In this document: positions 11,593 to 26,100 of the stretch, in pieces
Numbering within the stretch: the first letter of the stretch is position 1
Layout of the letters: the number at the start of each line of letters is the position of its first letter
NCBI RefSeq assembly: GCF_009914755.1
Contig: NC_060935.1
Strand: one strand, 5' to 3'
Source of the DNA: the human T2T-CHM13v2.0 reference genome, Homo sapiens
DNA: 64,000 nucleotides
Notes under the pieces: model-generated
The model's database searches: none
What the model saw: the letters and a program-made list of their open reading frames with translations, nothing else
What the model was told of the DNA's origin: nothing
Made by a program: the position numbers and the translations under genes

Positions 11593-13182
11593 TATAGTAA
11601 TAGAGCAATTATTGTTACTTTTAGGACTTAAAAGCATTTTTCTAAGTTTAGAACAATTCCTCCCTTAAGGGGAATTATGACAGTAGAGAAAGAGTTCAGT
11701 AAATTATGGCCCATCAACTGAGTGGAATATTACATGTACCTTAAAAAAAATGATCCTTCCTATGAGTCTATAATAATTTCGAGAAATGCTTGTTACATGA
11801 AAATATAGTAGGTTCTATAATCATACATACAATGTCATCTCAACTATACTCAAAAGTCCAAACAAAAATTATGCACAGAATAAAGACTGAAAGGAATTAT
11901 GCTAAAATATTAACAGCTACCTTTCATAATGGGAAAAAAAAGTGTCTTTTTTCCCTCCACAAAGAATCCTCTCATTATTAGTGAATGCCTCTGCAGGGGA
12001 GCTGTGGACACCCTATACTTTTATTAGTTAACCTCTTATCTAGCCACGGCTCGGCAGGAAATACAGCAATGCAATCTAGGGTTGGAGGAATATGTTTGAA
12101 GGGGAGGAGAGAAGATGAAAGAAGAGATACATAAATGAGGAAGAGGCCGCTGTGGGGAAAATGGGAAATGCCAAGGAAATTTGTGCTTTCCCATTGCACC
12201 TGGATTCAGGAACATTCACTCTCCTGCAGCAGCATCACGAAGACATGTCCAGCCAGCCTGTTGCTGAAAATTATGCTGGTGCTGTCTTATGCAGAGATCC
12301 CTAAGGCAGAGGCCCGTGACGCCCATGGTGTCTGCTTATCCATTTCTCTTTGACTTGACACCTGTGTCTGTGGGAAAGGATATTACTCATTCATGATGGT
12401 AGCTGCAAAGACTATGATTAAATTATTAATAAACTGCAAAAATCATTTCCTGATCTTCCATCCCAAGCAGAAATTCAGCTTTTGTCACACTGACAACGTT
12501 TTGACCCTAGCTTCTCCTTTATCTATGCATATTTAGTTGCAGGGAGAAGAAAACCTTCCTCTTCTTTCCTGTCTCTTGCTCTGTGATTTTTGTGGTGAGT
12601 AACTTATTTTTCTAATCACGCATGTAGCTTATGAGCTGAAGCAATGCAAGGAGTTATCTTGGTTCTTGGGTGCTGGTTTCTGGTCAGCCAACCGTTTGTT
12701 GTCTGGAAGGGTTGGTGATTTTAGCTATATGTCCCTCTTAGTCAGACTAATTAGATCCGTAGCACTGTGAAGCACATCTTACCAGGGAATTTGCAGATCA
12801 TGCTTGTATCTATTAACTCTACCTCCAAGGCTAGGAAACAGGAGACTGCCCTAATGTCCATGGACACTCTTTCACTTTTTCTCCCTAAATCAAGAAAATG
12901 GAGCTTATATTATTTAGGCCGCCGTGTTGGAAATGTTGGTCTCACTCTTTGAGGGAGCCAACTGATGAAAAATATTTGGAACATTTCCATGGGGCAGCCT
13001 GGCTAGAAACCATCCAAAAATTGCTGACAGCCAGCCTGGGGTATGCCTACCTGGTCTCCCTCTGAGTAGCTCAGGGCCAGCTGGAGGGAGAGGGTGTGCC
13101 CAGTCACCACACTGCAACCCTGACAAAGGGAGGTCATCACTAAGGGCAATCTGAGGCTGTTGTATTCAAAACCAATTATTTC

Positions 13183-13559
13183 ATTTTTTTCTTCTTTAAC
13201 TTTTAAGTCCTGAGGTACATGTGCAGGATGTGCAGGTTTGTCATATAGGTAAATGTATGCCATGGTGGTTTGCTGCACAGGTCAACCTATTACCTAGATA
13301 TTAAGCCCAGCATCCATTAGCTATTCTTCCTGATGTTCTCCCCTCCTACCCACCACTGACAGGCCCCAGTGTGTGTTGTTCCCCACCAAGTATGTCCATG
13401 TGTTCTCATTGTTCTGATCCTACTTATAAGTGACAACATGCAGTGTTTAGTCTTTTGTTCCTATGTTAGTTTGCTGAAGATAATGGCTTCCAGCTCCATC
13501 CATGTCCCTGAAAAGGACATCATCTCATCCCTTCTTATGGCTGCATAGTATTCCATGGT
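13183..13559 (-). mobile_element. L1PA (about PA8-PA11) 3' end, 5'-truncated
   Basis: ggtacatgtgcaggatgtgcaggtttg...gctgcatagtattccatggt; imperfect TSD caaaaccaattattt / caaaacagttattt. Confidence 0.9.
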
Positions 13560-13662
13560 CAAAACAGTTATTTTAATTTTCCCCAATTATTAAAACATAC
13601 AAAGTCATTTTTGCATTGGAAAATACAGAAAGAAAAATGCAGTTGTAAAACTTAATATTTTG

Positions 13663-13972
<310 letters not shown>

Positions 13973-14217
13973 TTAATATTTTGTAATATTTTCTTTTGAA
14001 ATATTTTATTGTCCTTTTTTCTACCATAGTCAAACAAATACAATGTATAAAATGTTTATGTCCTGCTTTTATTACTTCATGTGGCCTGAATATTTTCATA
14101 TAGTGTTAAAGATACTTTGCAATAATCAGTTTTAATGGCTGCTTAATTTTCTCTCCTGCTGTAGTTTCTTTAGCAATTCTTCTATGGTTGGGCATTTTTC
14201 ATATTATGAATAGTATG

Positions 14218-14360
14218 AGCCAGGCATGTTGATACACTCCTGTGGTCCTAGTTACTCGAGAGGCTGAGGTGGGAGAAATGCTTGAGCCAGGAGTGATCAT
14301 GCCACTGCACTCCAGCCTGGGTGACAGGGCGAGGCCCCATCTTTAAAAAAAAAGAAAAAA
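14218..14360 (+). mobile_element. Alu right monomer (FRAM/AluJ fragment) with internal deletion
   Basis: agccaggcatg...gaggctgaggtgggag...cactgcactccagcctgggtgacag plus A-rich tail. Confidence 0.8.
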
Positions 14361-14484
14361 CTTAAAAATTAAAAACATTAAAAAAAAGTAAAAAAACTTC
14401 TTTGGTCATAAAATTTTTTCATATTTCAGGTTATTTCCTGAGTATAGAATACCAGAAGAGGAATTTATAAGTGAAGATCATAAA

Positions 14485-14678
14485 AATGGCTACCATATAT
14501 TAAGCACTTATGTATCGGGCATTTTACATATATTTTGGAATTTAATTCTTATAACAATCCTGCAAGATTTGTATTATTATTTCTATTTTTACACATGAAA
14601 GAAGGCTCAGAGAATTAAACAACTATTAAGTGGCAGAATTGGGATTCAAATGCAGGTTGATCTGATTCCAATACACAT
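14485..14678 (-). mobile_element. MIR
   Basis: ataacaatcctgcaag...aggctcagagaattaa...gggattcaaatgcagg. Confidence 0.7.
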
Positions 14679-14679
14679 T

Positions 14680-15109
14680 TTTGATGGTTAATCTTACGTG
14701 TCTACTTAGCTGGACCCCATTGCCCAGATGTTTGGCCAAACATTATTCTGCATTTCTGTGAAAGATTATTCTGGATTCTATTTTTTAGATGAGATTTACA
14801 TTTGAATTGGTAGACTTTGAGTACAGCATATTGTCTTCCATAATGTGGGTGGGCCTCATTTCATCAGTTGAAGGCCTGACTAGGAAGAAAAGACTGACTT
14901 CCTCCAACCAAGAGGCAGTTTTTCAGCAGGAAGCCCTTGGGCTTGAATTGCAACAGCAGCTCTTCACTTGATCTCTTACCTGACAGCACACTTTGGAGAT
15001 CTTGGACTTGCCACCCTCCATAATTGTGTGAGTCAATCCCTTAAATCTCTTTCTACATATATACACATCCTATCGATTCTGTTTCTCTGGAGAGTCCTGA
15101 GTAATAGCA
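14680..15109 (+). mobile_element. MLT2 (ERVL) solo LTR
   Basis: tgatggttaatcttacgtgtc...taatgtgggtgggcctcat...ttctgtttctctggagag. Confidence 0.85.
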
Positions 15110-15591
15110 CATTCTCTGACTAGAATATTTCTAAAGTTTTTGATAGATATTTTCAAATTGCTTCTCAAAAGGCTTAACAGTGAATATTACCACCAGCAAT
15201 GTATGAGAGAACATGAATTGACAATTCACAAAGAGAAGAAACACAGTGTATGGGTGTCTGTGTCACCCACGACATTCAACATTCATCTTTTTAAAATTCT
15301 ACTTATATACTATATAGGAAAGGCAATTTCACTTGAATTCGCATTTCTTTTTCTAACTACAGAAGTTCAGCATTTTTCTAAATTTTTTAACAGTCACTTT
15401 TTTCCTATTTTTTCTTTCTTAAGGATTGAGTATATTACAATTAGGTTTCTGGAATTTATTCTGGTGTATGGTACATGTTGAGGATCTGGTTCGATTTCTT
15501 TCAAAATGACTAACATACTGGCCTGATGGTTTTTATTGTCTAATCCACCGGGCTTTGGTTTTATCATCTACGAGATGAGAGGGTTGGGCTA

Positions 15592-15775
15592 GAAGTGCTT
15601 CTCAACCCTTACTGTATGTTACAATCACCTGGGGACGCTTTTTGAAAAAAACATAATTGCTTGGCTTTTCTCCAGAGTTTTTGTTTCAGTTGGTCTATGG
15701 TGGGATCTGCGAATTATTTTTGTTCTTTTTTGGTCCTTTAGATTTTAATGTGGACCCAGGTTTGAGGAAGCCTGC
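15592..15775. mobile_element. MER5-type MITE
   Basis: gtgcttctcaaccct...aatcacctgggga...ccaggtttgagga. Confidence 0.6.
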
Positions 15776-16326
15776 GCTGCATGACCATCGAGGTCACTCC
15801 ACCTCTAAAACTCAGATTTGAGGTGAAGCCATCTGTGATGTTGTGAGCTCATTGCTCACCAGGTAGCAACCCCTGATCAGGCTGGTGGTGGTTGGGAAAT
15901 GTGGGGTAGGGAGGGGAAGATTCCCTTTCTCTCTTCCCCACTCTTTGTATGGACCTCCTGGAGCTTTCTGGTCTTTGAGGTTACACACCTTCTGGCCCAG
16001 GTCACAGAGGATAGCTCTGCTCTTCTGCTTGAACTTCTGAGTATAGAACTCAAGAATTCCCCAGACTTGGATTTCTACAAAAACTTTGCCAAAAAGAAAT
16101 CAGTATCAGAGCAAAGCAGTGTATGTTTCCTCTAAGGCAATCAGGCTCTGGTTTATGGTATATTTTGCTGGTTAACTTTTGTCCTGGACTGTCCTTACCT
16201 TTGCAATCCACAGATTGTCCCTGATAGCATTTCTGCTAGCCCTCTCCCTTCACACATCTCAACTGGGATATGGGCTCCTCAGGAGGTGATTCTCAAGCCA
16301 GACTGCATGGTAGACCCCATGGGGAG

Positions 16327-16693
16327 TTTGTTTTTTGTTTTTTGTTTTTGTTTGTTTGTTTGTTTTTGAGACAGAGTCTCTTGACACAGATCTTGGCTCA
16401 CCGCAACCTCCGCCTCCTAGGTTCAAGCGATTCTTGTGCCTTAGCCTCCCGAGTAGCTGGGATTACAGGCATATACCACCACACCCGGCTAATTTTTTTG
16501 TATTTTTTATTAGGTTAGTGCATAAGTAATTGTAGTCTTGCCATTATTGATAATAGCATTTAGCCATCTCTAATAGTAGAGACAGGGTTTTGCCGTGTTA
16601 ACCAGGTTGGTCTCAACTCATGGCCTTAAGTGATCCTCCTGCCTTGGTCTCCCAAAGTGTTGGGATTACAGGTGTGAGCCACTGTTTCTGGCC
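16327..16693 (-). mobile_element. AluS carrying a MADE1 insertion and a ~30 bp deletion
   Basis: (GTTT)n tail, Alu body; TSD ccatggggag at 16317-16326 and 16694-16703. Confidence 0.9.
16510..16573. mobile_element. MADE1 (Hsmar1-derived mariner MITE), right arm damaged
   Basis: ttaggttagtgcataagtaattgtagtcttgccatta matches the MADE1 TIR; TA duplication at 16508-16509 and 16574-16575. Confidence 0.85.
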
Positions 16694-17389
16694 CCATGGG
16701 GAGCTTTTAAAAAATGCTGATGCTATGGTCCTACCTCCAGAAATTCTGAATTTGTCTAGCATAGGATAAAAGCACCAGGCAATTCTCATGTGTAGCCAGA
16801 TTTGATATCCACTGCCCTGGGATGTGGTGGTACAGATTCAGGTTGCAAATAGGGAAAGAAATATTGTTGAGAAAGAAAATTCTTGACAAATTTATTTTTA
16901 TTTTTATTTTAATAATCAAAGGGAAAGAAAAAAAGAGGTAGTTGGCCTCATGCAGATAAACCATACTCAAGGGCCAGAACTACTTTAATGTAGCCTCAAG
17001 CAGGAAGCATACTGGGGCCTGAGCTTCATTACAGCCAGACAGGAGCTGGTGGGATGGAGACGGGAAAAGCTAGATTAGCTCAAGTGGCACTCAGGTGGGC
17101 CAAAAGGCCTGAAAAATTTGGAGGGCAGTTGGGCAAGTATTGGCAATCTGGAGAGTAAATCCAGCAGGAAGGCATGCATGCAGTAGAAAGTTGCTTTCTG
17201 GTTCTGGGCAAACAGTTTATTTAAGGCAATGGCCCAGCTAGTGTTTAGGGACATGAAGATCAGGATACAACCCCCACAAATGAGTCAGAGGAGAGCATGA
17301 CACTGTGGCTGCATCTGCAGGGAGGGGTGGGGTTAAGAACAGGGCCCTTGCAAAATCATTTCTGGGGAATTTTTTTTTTTCTGATTCTT

Positions 17390-17515
17390 CTTATTGGAAG
17401 GTAAGCTCCCTGAGAGCAGATACACATACTTCTGTTGTCAGCCACTCGATCTCCAGCACATACCACAGTGACAGCTGCACAACAGTAGGTTCTCAAATAT
17501 TTTGTAATTGGTGGT
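17390..17515 (+). mobile_element. L2 3' end
   Basis: gtaagctccctgagagcag...cacaacagtaggttctcaaatatttt. Confidence 0.6.
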
Positions 17516-17538
17516 GGTTTGTTTTTGGCACATCCTAA

Positions 17539-17841
<303 letters not shown>

Positions 17842-19082
17842 AGCACATCCTAAATCTACAAGCAGCAAGGCATGGGCTCAGTCCCCTCTTGCTGGTAAGA
17901 GGTGGGTACTAACATCCTCTCCACTCAGATACAGTGGGGTAGGCAGAGGCTGACAGGAGGGCCTGTTGATTGCTGTGCTGGGAGGAGAAGGGTCTTGAAT
18001 GGCAGGACTATTTCTGCCAGGTTACTTCCCGCAGACTGCCTTAATCACTCCTCATTCCCCCGGCACTGCCCCCACCAGACCCCCCACATCTGCCTGTGAG
18101 GCAAAGCCCCAGAAGAGAGTTCCTGAAAGGAAAATGCCTGGGGCTACCTGTTTTGACATTCAAAAAGAAGTCAGCAGACCTTAAAAAGGGCAGGTTTTTC
18201 CTTCAAACACACATTAAAAGCTAACCTACTGCCTTTGTAACAGTTTGCGTCTTGCCAAACGCTTCAAGGATTGCTTTTCCAACTTGGAAGAGGATTTCCT
18301 CAACTTTAGAAAAGCTGGAATGAGCTATTGCCAAGGCAACCAGTAGAATCCATAATATTTGGCCTCCTCCACTTTAGCATGCCCAAGTCGATTGGAGGGG
18401 TCCGCGGGAGGAGGGAATGAGCCCTTCCAAGCGGCTGATCTCTGCTGCCACTTTCCCCAGCTCTTCAGGTAAATGCAGTTTATTATATCTGACAGCTGGC
18501 TCTGCAGCTGTGGTGCAGGCAAGCCATCTCATCTTTCATCTCATGGTCTGAGACTGCTCCCTTATTAAATACACTTACTGAGTTGGAGAAATGGAGTTTT
18601 AAAGCAGCCTTTCCAGGAAGTTCAGAGAAATCAATCTTTCCCAACACACCTCTTCCTGGATAATGGCAAGTGCCTATTAGCTGGTCTGCCTGTTTCCATT
18701 CTCACTGTCCTACAGGCCAGGCCTTTCACAATTCAGCCAGAGGGATCTTCTTAAAATGACAGTCATGCCATGTCACTCCCCGACTTCATTTCCTCTAGTA
18801 TTTTTTTTCCTCCTCATTTGAATCAGGATAAACTCCAAGCTCCTTCTGAGGGAGGCTCAGGAGGTCCTGTGACCTCAGGCCTACCTGGTCAGCCAGCCAC
18901 AGCTCACAGAACTCACCTCTCTACTGGCCTAATCACAACATTCTTTTCTGTCACTTGTAGCCTTCGTTGGACCATTTCATCCATTTCTTCACAGATCCAT
19001 CAATCCGAGTGCTGGTGATGCTGTCATGATGAGCACATCGCGTTCTCTAAAGAGATTAACTCTTAAGTGAATTCTCAGTTAC

Positions 19083-19719
19083 TGAAGTGGCCTCCTTGTC
19101 TGGGGTGATAACCGAGGTTCATTGTCTCACCGTCCTGGAGATCAAGGATGTGGACACACAAAGAGTAAGGTTAAGAGCAGAAATTTAATAGGTGAAAGAA
19201 AGAGAATACCTCTCTGCTACAGAGAGGGGTCTTGGAAAAATGCGTTGTTGATCTGTGGTGAAATGCAGATGTTTTTATAGATAAGCTAGTGAGGAGGTGG
19301 TATCTGATCTATATACAGTGTGAAAACCAGGTTAGGACCAGGTGTGCCATCTGCATAGGGTGTGAATTTCTGGAAGCTCTCACCCCAATCTTTTATTATG
19401 CAGGTGGGTTCTCTGCCTGAGCTTCTCCATATTGCCCAGTTCTTTCTTACCATACATGTGCTAACAAAAAAGGGAAGGTGGGAGCTTCCATGGTGTACAT
19501 GCCTGGCCCTAAGTAGACCCTTTCTATTGGCGCAGCCTCCGGTATTCCCCCATGCAAGCTTCCAGCTTCCTTATCTATGTTTGCAGCTTGATCTTCAGGC
19601 TGCTCTTGGTTAGAAAAGAAATGATTTCTTGGGCTGCTTTTTGTTAGAAGGGAAGTTCTGCTGAGGACTCTCTTGCCCCTAGGATCTGCCTAAGTAATTT
19701 CTATCTTCCGTCTGTATCA
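19083..19719 (-). mobile_element. LTR9-family (ERV1, HUERS-P3) solo LTR
   Basis: TG...CA termini; minus strand starts TGATACAG and ends ccccagacaaggaggccacttca; 4-bp TSD ttac at 19079-19082 and 19720-19723. Confidence 0.85.
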
Positions 19720-19948
19720 TTACTTTATGGGAAAATCCAACATTAACAGATATGCTCTAGTCTATAAGATGGGGTGAAAACCTGACCTCATGATGAGGTC
19801 ATTTGGCATTGGGAAAGATGAGAAAAGAAAATGGGAAGGGAAAATGGGAGGCTTGCGGGGAGGAAACTGTGGAAACTGTAGAAACTGGTGGCACAAAAGA
19901 TAAAAGGGGAGTTACTGAAATAATACTGCTTTAAGATTTATTCATTAT

Positions 19949-20245
<297 letters not shown>

Positions 20246-20486
20246 TTATTCATTATTTGTGGAATGGTATAATATTCTGGGTCGACTGTGATGAGTTAAA
20301 GAGCCATATTATAATCTCCAGAGCACCCACTTTAATATATACAACAATGAAATATTGATAAAAAAAATCAACAGAGGAAATAATTTGAAATACAAAAAAA
20401 AGTCTATATTAGTTTAACATTTTAAAAAACAGAAAAGGAAGAAAAAGAACACATGGGAAATAGGGAAACAAAATCAACATGGTAGA

Positions 20487-21035
20487 TGTATTAGTCAGTG
20501 TTCTTTAGAGAAACAGAACCAATAGAATATATAGAGACATATAAGAGGAGATGTATCATTGGAATCCATTCACATAAAGGGAGGCTGAGAAGTCTCATGA
20601 TATGCCGTCAGCAAGTTGGAGAACTAGGAAAGCTGATGCCGTAATTGAGGGGAGCCAATGGTGTAACTTTCACTCCAAGGCCTGAGCACTGGAAGGTGGG
20701 GTGTAGGGGAGAAAGTAGGAATGCTGGTGTAAGTCCCAGAGTCCAAAGTTCCGAGAACTAGGAACTCTGATGTCCAAGGGCAGGAGAAAATGGATGTCTA
20801 GCTCAAGAAGAGAGCAAATTCTCCCTTTCTCCTCCTTTTTGTTTTATTTGGACAAGTCCTTAATGGTTTGGATGATAGCTGCCCACACTGTTGAGGGAGA
20901 TCTTCTTTATGTAATCTACCAACTCAAATGCTAATCTCTTCTGGAAACACCCTCACAGACACAGTAGTAATGTTTTACCAGCTATCTGGGCATCCACTAA
21001 CCTAGTCAAATTAACACATGAAATTAGTCATTTCA
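20487..21035 (-). mobile_element. MLT2B-type solo LTR
   Basis: tgtattagtcagtgttctttagagaaacagaaccaatag...; imperfect TSD gtaga/ttaga. Confidence 0.88.
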
Positions 21036-21065
21036 TTAGACATGAATACAATCATATCAATGATT

Positions 21066-21485
21066 GTGTTCTGACATAAATTACCACGAACTAGGTGGCT
21101 TAAAACAACATAATTTATTCTCTTATAGTTTAGGCTGCCAGAGTACAAAATTAAGGTGTTGGGCAGCATTAATTCCTTCTGGAGGCTCTGAGGGAGAATC
21201 TGTTTCATACCTCTAGCTTCTGGTGATTACCAGCAATTCTTAGTATTCCTTGGCTTGTAGCTACATCATTTTAGTCCTTGCCTTTGGGTTTACACAGCCT
21301 TCTTATATCTGTGTATCTTTGTGTATCCTTTCCTCTTCTTATAATTGGATTAGATTTAGGGTCTGTTCTAATCTAGGATGACCTCATCTTAACTAATATT
21401 TGCAAAAACCAATTTTCAAATAAGGTCACATTCTGAGGTTCTGGGAAAACATAAATTTTGAGGGTACATTATTCAGTCCACTACA
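21066..21485 (-). mobile_element. MLT1B/C MaLR LTR
   Basis: ggtggcttaaaacaac...ccttctggaggctctgagggagaatctgttt...aaggtcacattctgaggtt...cagtccactaca. Confidence 0.85.
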
Positions 21486-21513
21486 AACATTAATGGATTA
21501 AACACTTTAATTA

Positions 21514-21818
<305 letters not shown>

Positions 21819-22552
21819 ACACTTTAATTAAAAGGGAGAGATTATGAGGTTTTTTTTTTTAAAGCAAGACATCTATATGCTGCTTTTAAGAGATATACTT
21901 TAAATATAAAAACACAGATAAGTTAAAAGTAAAAGAATGGTTAAAAAGGTCTACCATGCAAATTAGTGTGACTATAATAATGTCAAGAAAGTAGATTTCA
22001 AGATAAAGAACATGACTAGAACTGAAGAGGCACATTCCATAATGGTAAGAGTCAAGACACAAAAATACTAAAAGTGTATGTACCTAATAACAAAGCTCCA
22101 AAATATGTAAAATAAAAATAGATGGAATTAGAGAAAACAGACAAATTCATATTTATATTTGGAGATTTCAGCATCTCTCTGTTAGCAAATACTAGAAATA
22201 GCAAAAATCAGTAATGATATGGAAGATTGGAACAACAGTATCAACCAACTTGTCCTAATTATTATTTATAGGACATTATACTTAACAACTATAAAATACA
22301 AATTCTTTTCAAGTGCACCTGGGACATTTACAAAGATAGAGCTGGGCCATAACACAAGTCTCTGTTTTTAATATAAATTTTTTGATGACTAATAAGATTT
22401 AACAGTTTTTCTTAGTATACCTTTGACTGTTATCTGGGAAATTGTGTTTTTGTGTCCTTTTTCCAGGCATCTATCAGGTTAAAACTGAATTAGCCATTTG
22501 ACTCATCACTCAGTCTATCTGGACCCTAACTCTTCTTTCCATAAAATGTTTG

Positions 22553-22687
22553 ATCATTCATTCATTTGTGCACCTACCAAATATTCATTGATGTTTTGTG
22601 TGTCAGGCATTGTTCTAGATGCTGGAAATATAACAGTGAGCAAAATATAAAAATCCTTGTTCTCATGGAACTGACCTTCTGTTGGGA
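22553..22687 (-). mobile_element. L2 3' end
   Basis: tcattcattcattt...caggcattgttctagatgctggaaatataacagtgagcaa. Confidence 0.75.
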
Positions 22688-24149
22688 AGAATAATACTGC
22701 CTACCTCACAAGGTGGTGTAATCCATGGAAAAGAAAGCATGTTTACACTATGGAGTAAAAAGATAAGTGGTTATGACTGTTATTATTTTACACCTCCAAC
22801 AATTGTGTGGTCAGAAGACACTAAACTATCCCCTGTACCTCCTCATAGCAACCCCCATGGCCTTGCTTTGGACCTTATATGACTGATTCCTTTGAGCTAA
22901 AGCATTTTATCTAAGAACACTAACACAATTTATTATAATTCCTGGTTTACAAAGTGACCCAGTCACCTAACAGGGCCCTGAAGGAACAAGGTACTGCTCA
23001 AGTTTTGTACTGATGTTGTAAAAAGGGTCAGAAAAGGCAAGAACATGGAAATTACCAATGAGGACCAAGGTGAGAAGTGAGGCAACACCAGTGTCCTGTG
23101 CTGGGAACTGATTGGAGAGCAGAAAAGAAGACAGGCATCTTTATCCTAAAGACTAAAAACCTCCACTGGAGTCTCCAGTCAGCTTGCAAGCTTGACAGAG
23201 GTGGGAAACAAGACAGAATCAGAAATATTGCTCCATTTCCAGCACCAACCACAGTGCCTAGCCCAGAGCAATATTTGAGGCATTTAATAGCCTCTACTCC
23301 AGATATTATAGTTCAGATTTAGCAGAAATCTTCATGGGTTGTTTATGTGGGGAGATCTTCATGGAGAAGGTGGGGCTGACCTAGGCTTCAAGGGTGGTGG
23401 GAATTGGGAGGATGAAGCTTCCCTAGGAGGGACTGATGAAAAATCTTTGAGCAGGTAGGTCAGGGAGTGGCATCAGTGGTGCAGTGGAGTGTATGTGCAG
23501 TCCTTAAGTCTTGGAGATTTGGTGAGGAGGTGGGGCAGGGACAGGCTGAATGTCATGAATAGCAGAAGCATCATGGGCAGAGTCTCTGAGAGCAGGTTTG
23601 GGACCAGTGGAAGTAGAGCCAATTAGGGGGAGTATTGTGACACAAAATTTTTATTATTATGCAACATTGCTGGCCTGGGCTCACTCTTGTCAGTCTTGGT
23701 GAAATTTCCTGAATCAGAGTGTTCTGCCTCCCACATACAGCCTGAAGTCTGGAGGGACTTCCTCATTTTGCAAAGGGATAATAAACTCTTTACAGAGTTT
23801 GGCTTTAAACTCTTAGCTTGGGTGTATTTTCTTTTTTCGGTTCAATTAGCTAAATCTACCTAGTATAAGAGCAAGAAATTATAGTAAACTATTGTAGTAA
23901 ACTCAGGATCATTCAAACAAGGGCTTGGCATGAGATTCTGGGAACTTGCTTGGAGCAACAGGAAGAGACAGGGCTTGCATTCGGATATGTAAGCATAGAC
24001 TTGGCAGGAATATCTGAATTTATCAGGGCTCCACAATTTCAGCAGCACCTCAGTTTTCCTAAGCAGATAAGATTGGGAGGGCCCAAGTAAAAATACAGAT
24101 TGGAGCAGGAGCTTCAATGGGTATTGAATCAACTCCACCTTTTACTTCC

Positions 24150-24550
24150 CAACAGCAGGTGTTGGGTGGGGCTAACCAGGGGTGAGCCTTGATTGACCCA
24201 AGACAATTGGTTTCATCTCCTCTTCTTAGCCACATAGATTAGCTCATGAGTGAGCAGGTGATTCAAACAAAGTAAAGCCCAGGACTTTGTTTCAGTGGTT
24301 GGGGGATAGCGTGGGTGTGAGTATTAGTCTGGACACTGCTGCAGTTATTTTACTCTAATGACAGGCGCCATCCAAAGGTGAGGCCGCTGCTAGAAGAGGG
24401 CAGATTCAAAAGACTTGAGAAAAAATGGAGTCAGAACCTGATCAAACCACAGGTAAAGTCTACCCTACCTTTGGTATTTACAGTTGTATGAGCCAATAAT
24501 TTTTATCCATTGTTTAAACTAATTTATCTTGCTTCTTCTCTTGCTTATCT
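24150..24550 (+). mobile_element. MLT1J/K-like MaLR LTR
   Basis: cctgatcaaaccacagg...cagttgtatgagccaataa...ttgtttaaacta. Confidence 0.55.
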
Positions 24551-24592
24551 GGGAGTTTCCCTTATATTAAACAAACACTTATAGTAGTTTAG

Positions 24593-24924
<332 letters not shown>

Positions 24925-25794
24925 TAGTCCCTCTTTCAGTCTCACTTTTCAGAGTTAATCACTGCTAACTGATCCATATGTGTCCCCCCTCTCAATTTCC
25001 TGTGCATTTTGTTGCTCTATATTATAAATTACATCCTCATTATATTTCAGAAATTGCAGCACATCCTTCTCCCTCCACACATTTATAACTAATGCAAGGA
25101 TACCCGTTGCTCATAATCCCACCTTATTCTACCTCTTTCAATCAAGGATTTGTAATCTGGTAAAGGTGCATTCCTATGTTTTTCAAAGCTGTCTCATAAA
25201 ATAAAATTCTCATAAAAGTTATCCTGCAAAAGGAATGGTACTCTTATCAGACAGGATTGAAAAAAAAATCACAGTAAAGAAAACTGCATATCTGGATCCA
25301 GATAATCAGTCTTTCTGGAAAATGACAGAACCAAGCTATCCTTAAAAGTATATTCCTTTTTAGGATCAAGCATTTGATAAGAAAATAAATTCCCAAAGTC
25401 TCAGTCACACAGGAGGTAGAACTAATTAACCCTTGAGACGCAGGAATTGAGTGTATGGGGGGATGTCAGAGGATTAGATTTTTTTGAGGGGCTCAATTCA
25501 GTTAAGTTCCATTCATCATTATAAACACGTGCATCAGGGATACTCAAAGAACTCAAATTTTTGTTGTTGTTTTAGTGAGAAAAATTGGTACTCAAAAGTT
25601 GCCAGCCACCTCTCTCTATTAGTAGAGATATGTCACTTTGGGAAGAACCATGAAATACTGTGTTCAAATTACGCAGTTATAAATTATGTTAGGTAAAGAG
25701 CAAAACTTTCTTTTTATCTTGACAAAGGTTGTCCCTGAAAGAATCTAGGGAGAGGGAGAATTTGCATATGGGCCAAGGAGCCCTCTCTCCCATC

Positions 25795-26100
25795 ATACAA
25801 TTCATGCCTTAAAAGGGTAAGATTTAGTGGTCTTTTGTATATTTACAGAATTGTGCAACTATCACCACTATCGAATTTTAAAATATTTTTAATACCCTGC
25901 AAAGAAACTGTACCCATTAGCAGTCACTCCTCATTCTCCTCACCCTAGCATCAGGAAATAACCTTTCTGTCTATAGACCTACCTATTCTGGACATTTCAT
26001 ATAAATGGAATCATACAACTTTTGTTTACTCGCTTCTATCTCTTAGTATAGAAGGTTCATTCATGTTGTAGCATGAATCAGTGCTTCATTTCTTTTTTTC
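25795..26100 (-). mobile_element. L1MB 3' end fragment
   Basis: gtacccattagcagtcactcc...ctattctggacatttcatataaatggaatcatacaa. Confidence 0.8.

Larger units (their letters stand above)
16282..16815. mobile_element. MER5A-type MITE split by an Alu
   Basis: gtgattctcaagccagactgcat...ggggag | cttttaaaaaatgctgatgc...agaaattctga...ccactg. Confidence 0.65.

Noticed and set aside
12543-12594. Possible 52-nt exon ending GTG|GTGAGT
   Set aside because: Weak acceptor and pyrimidine-rich body; no supporting context.
19480-19510. p53-like CATG motifs in LTR9
   Set aside because: Neither half matches RRRCWWGYYY fully and the second half is poor.
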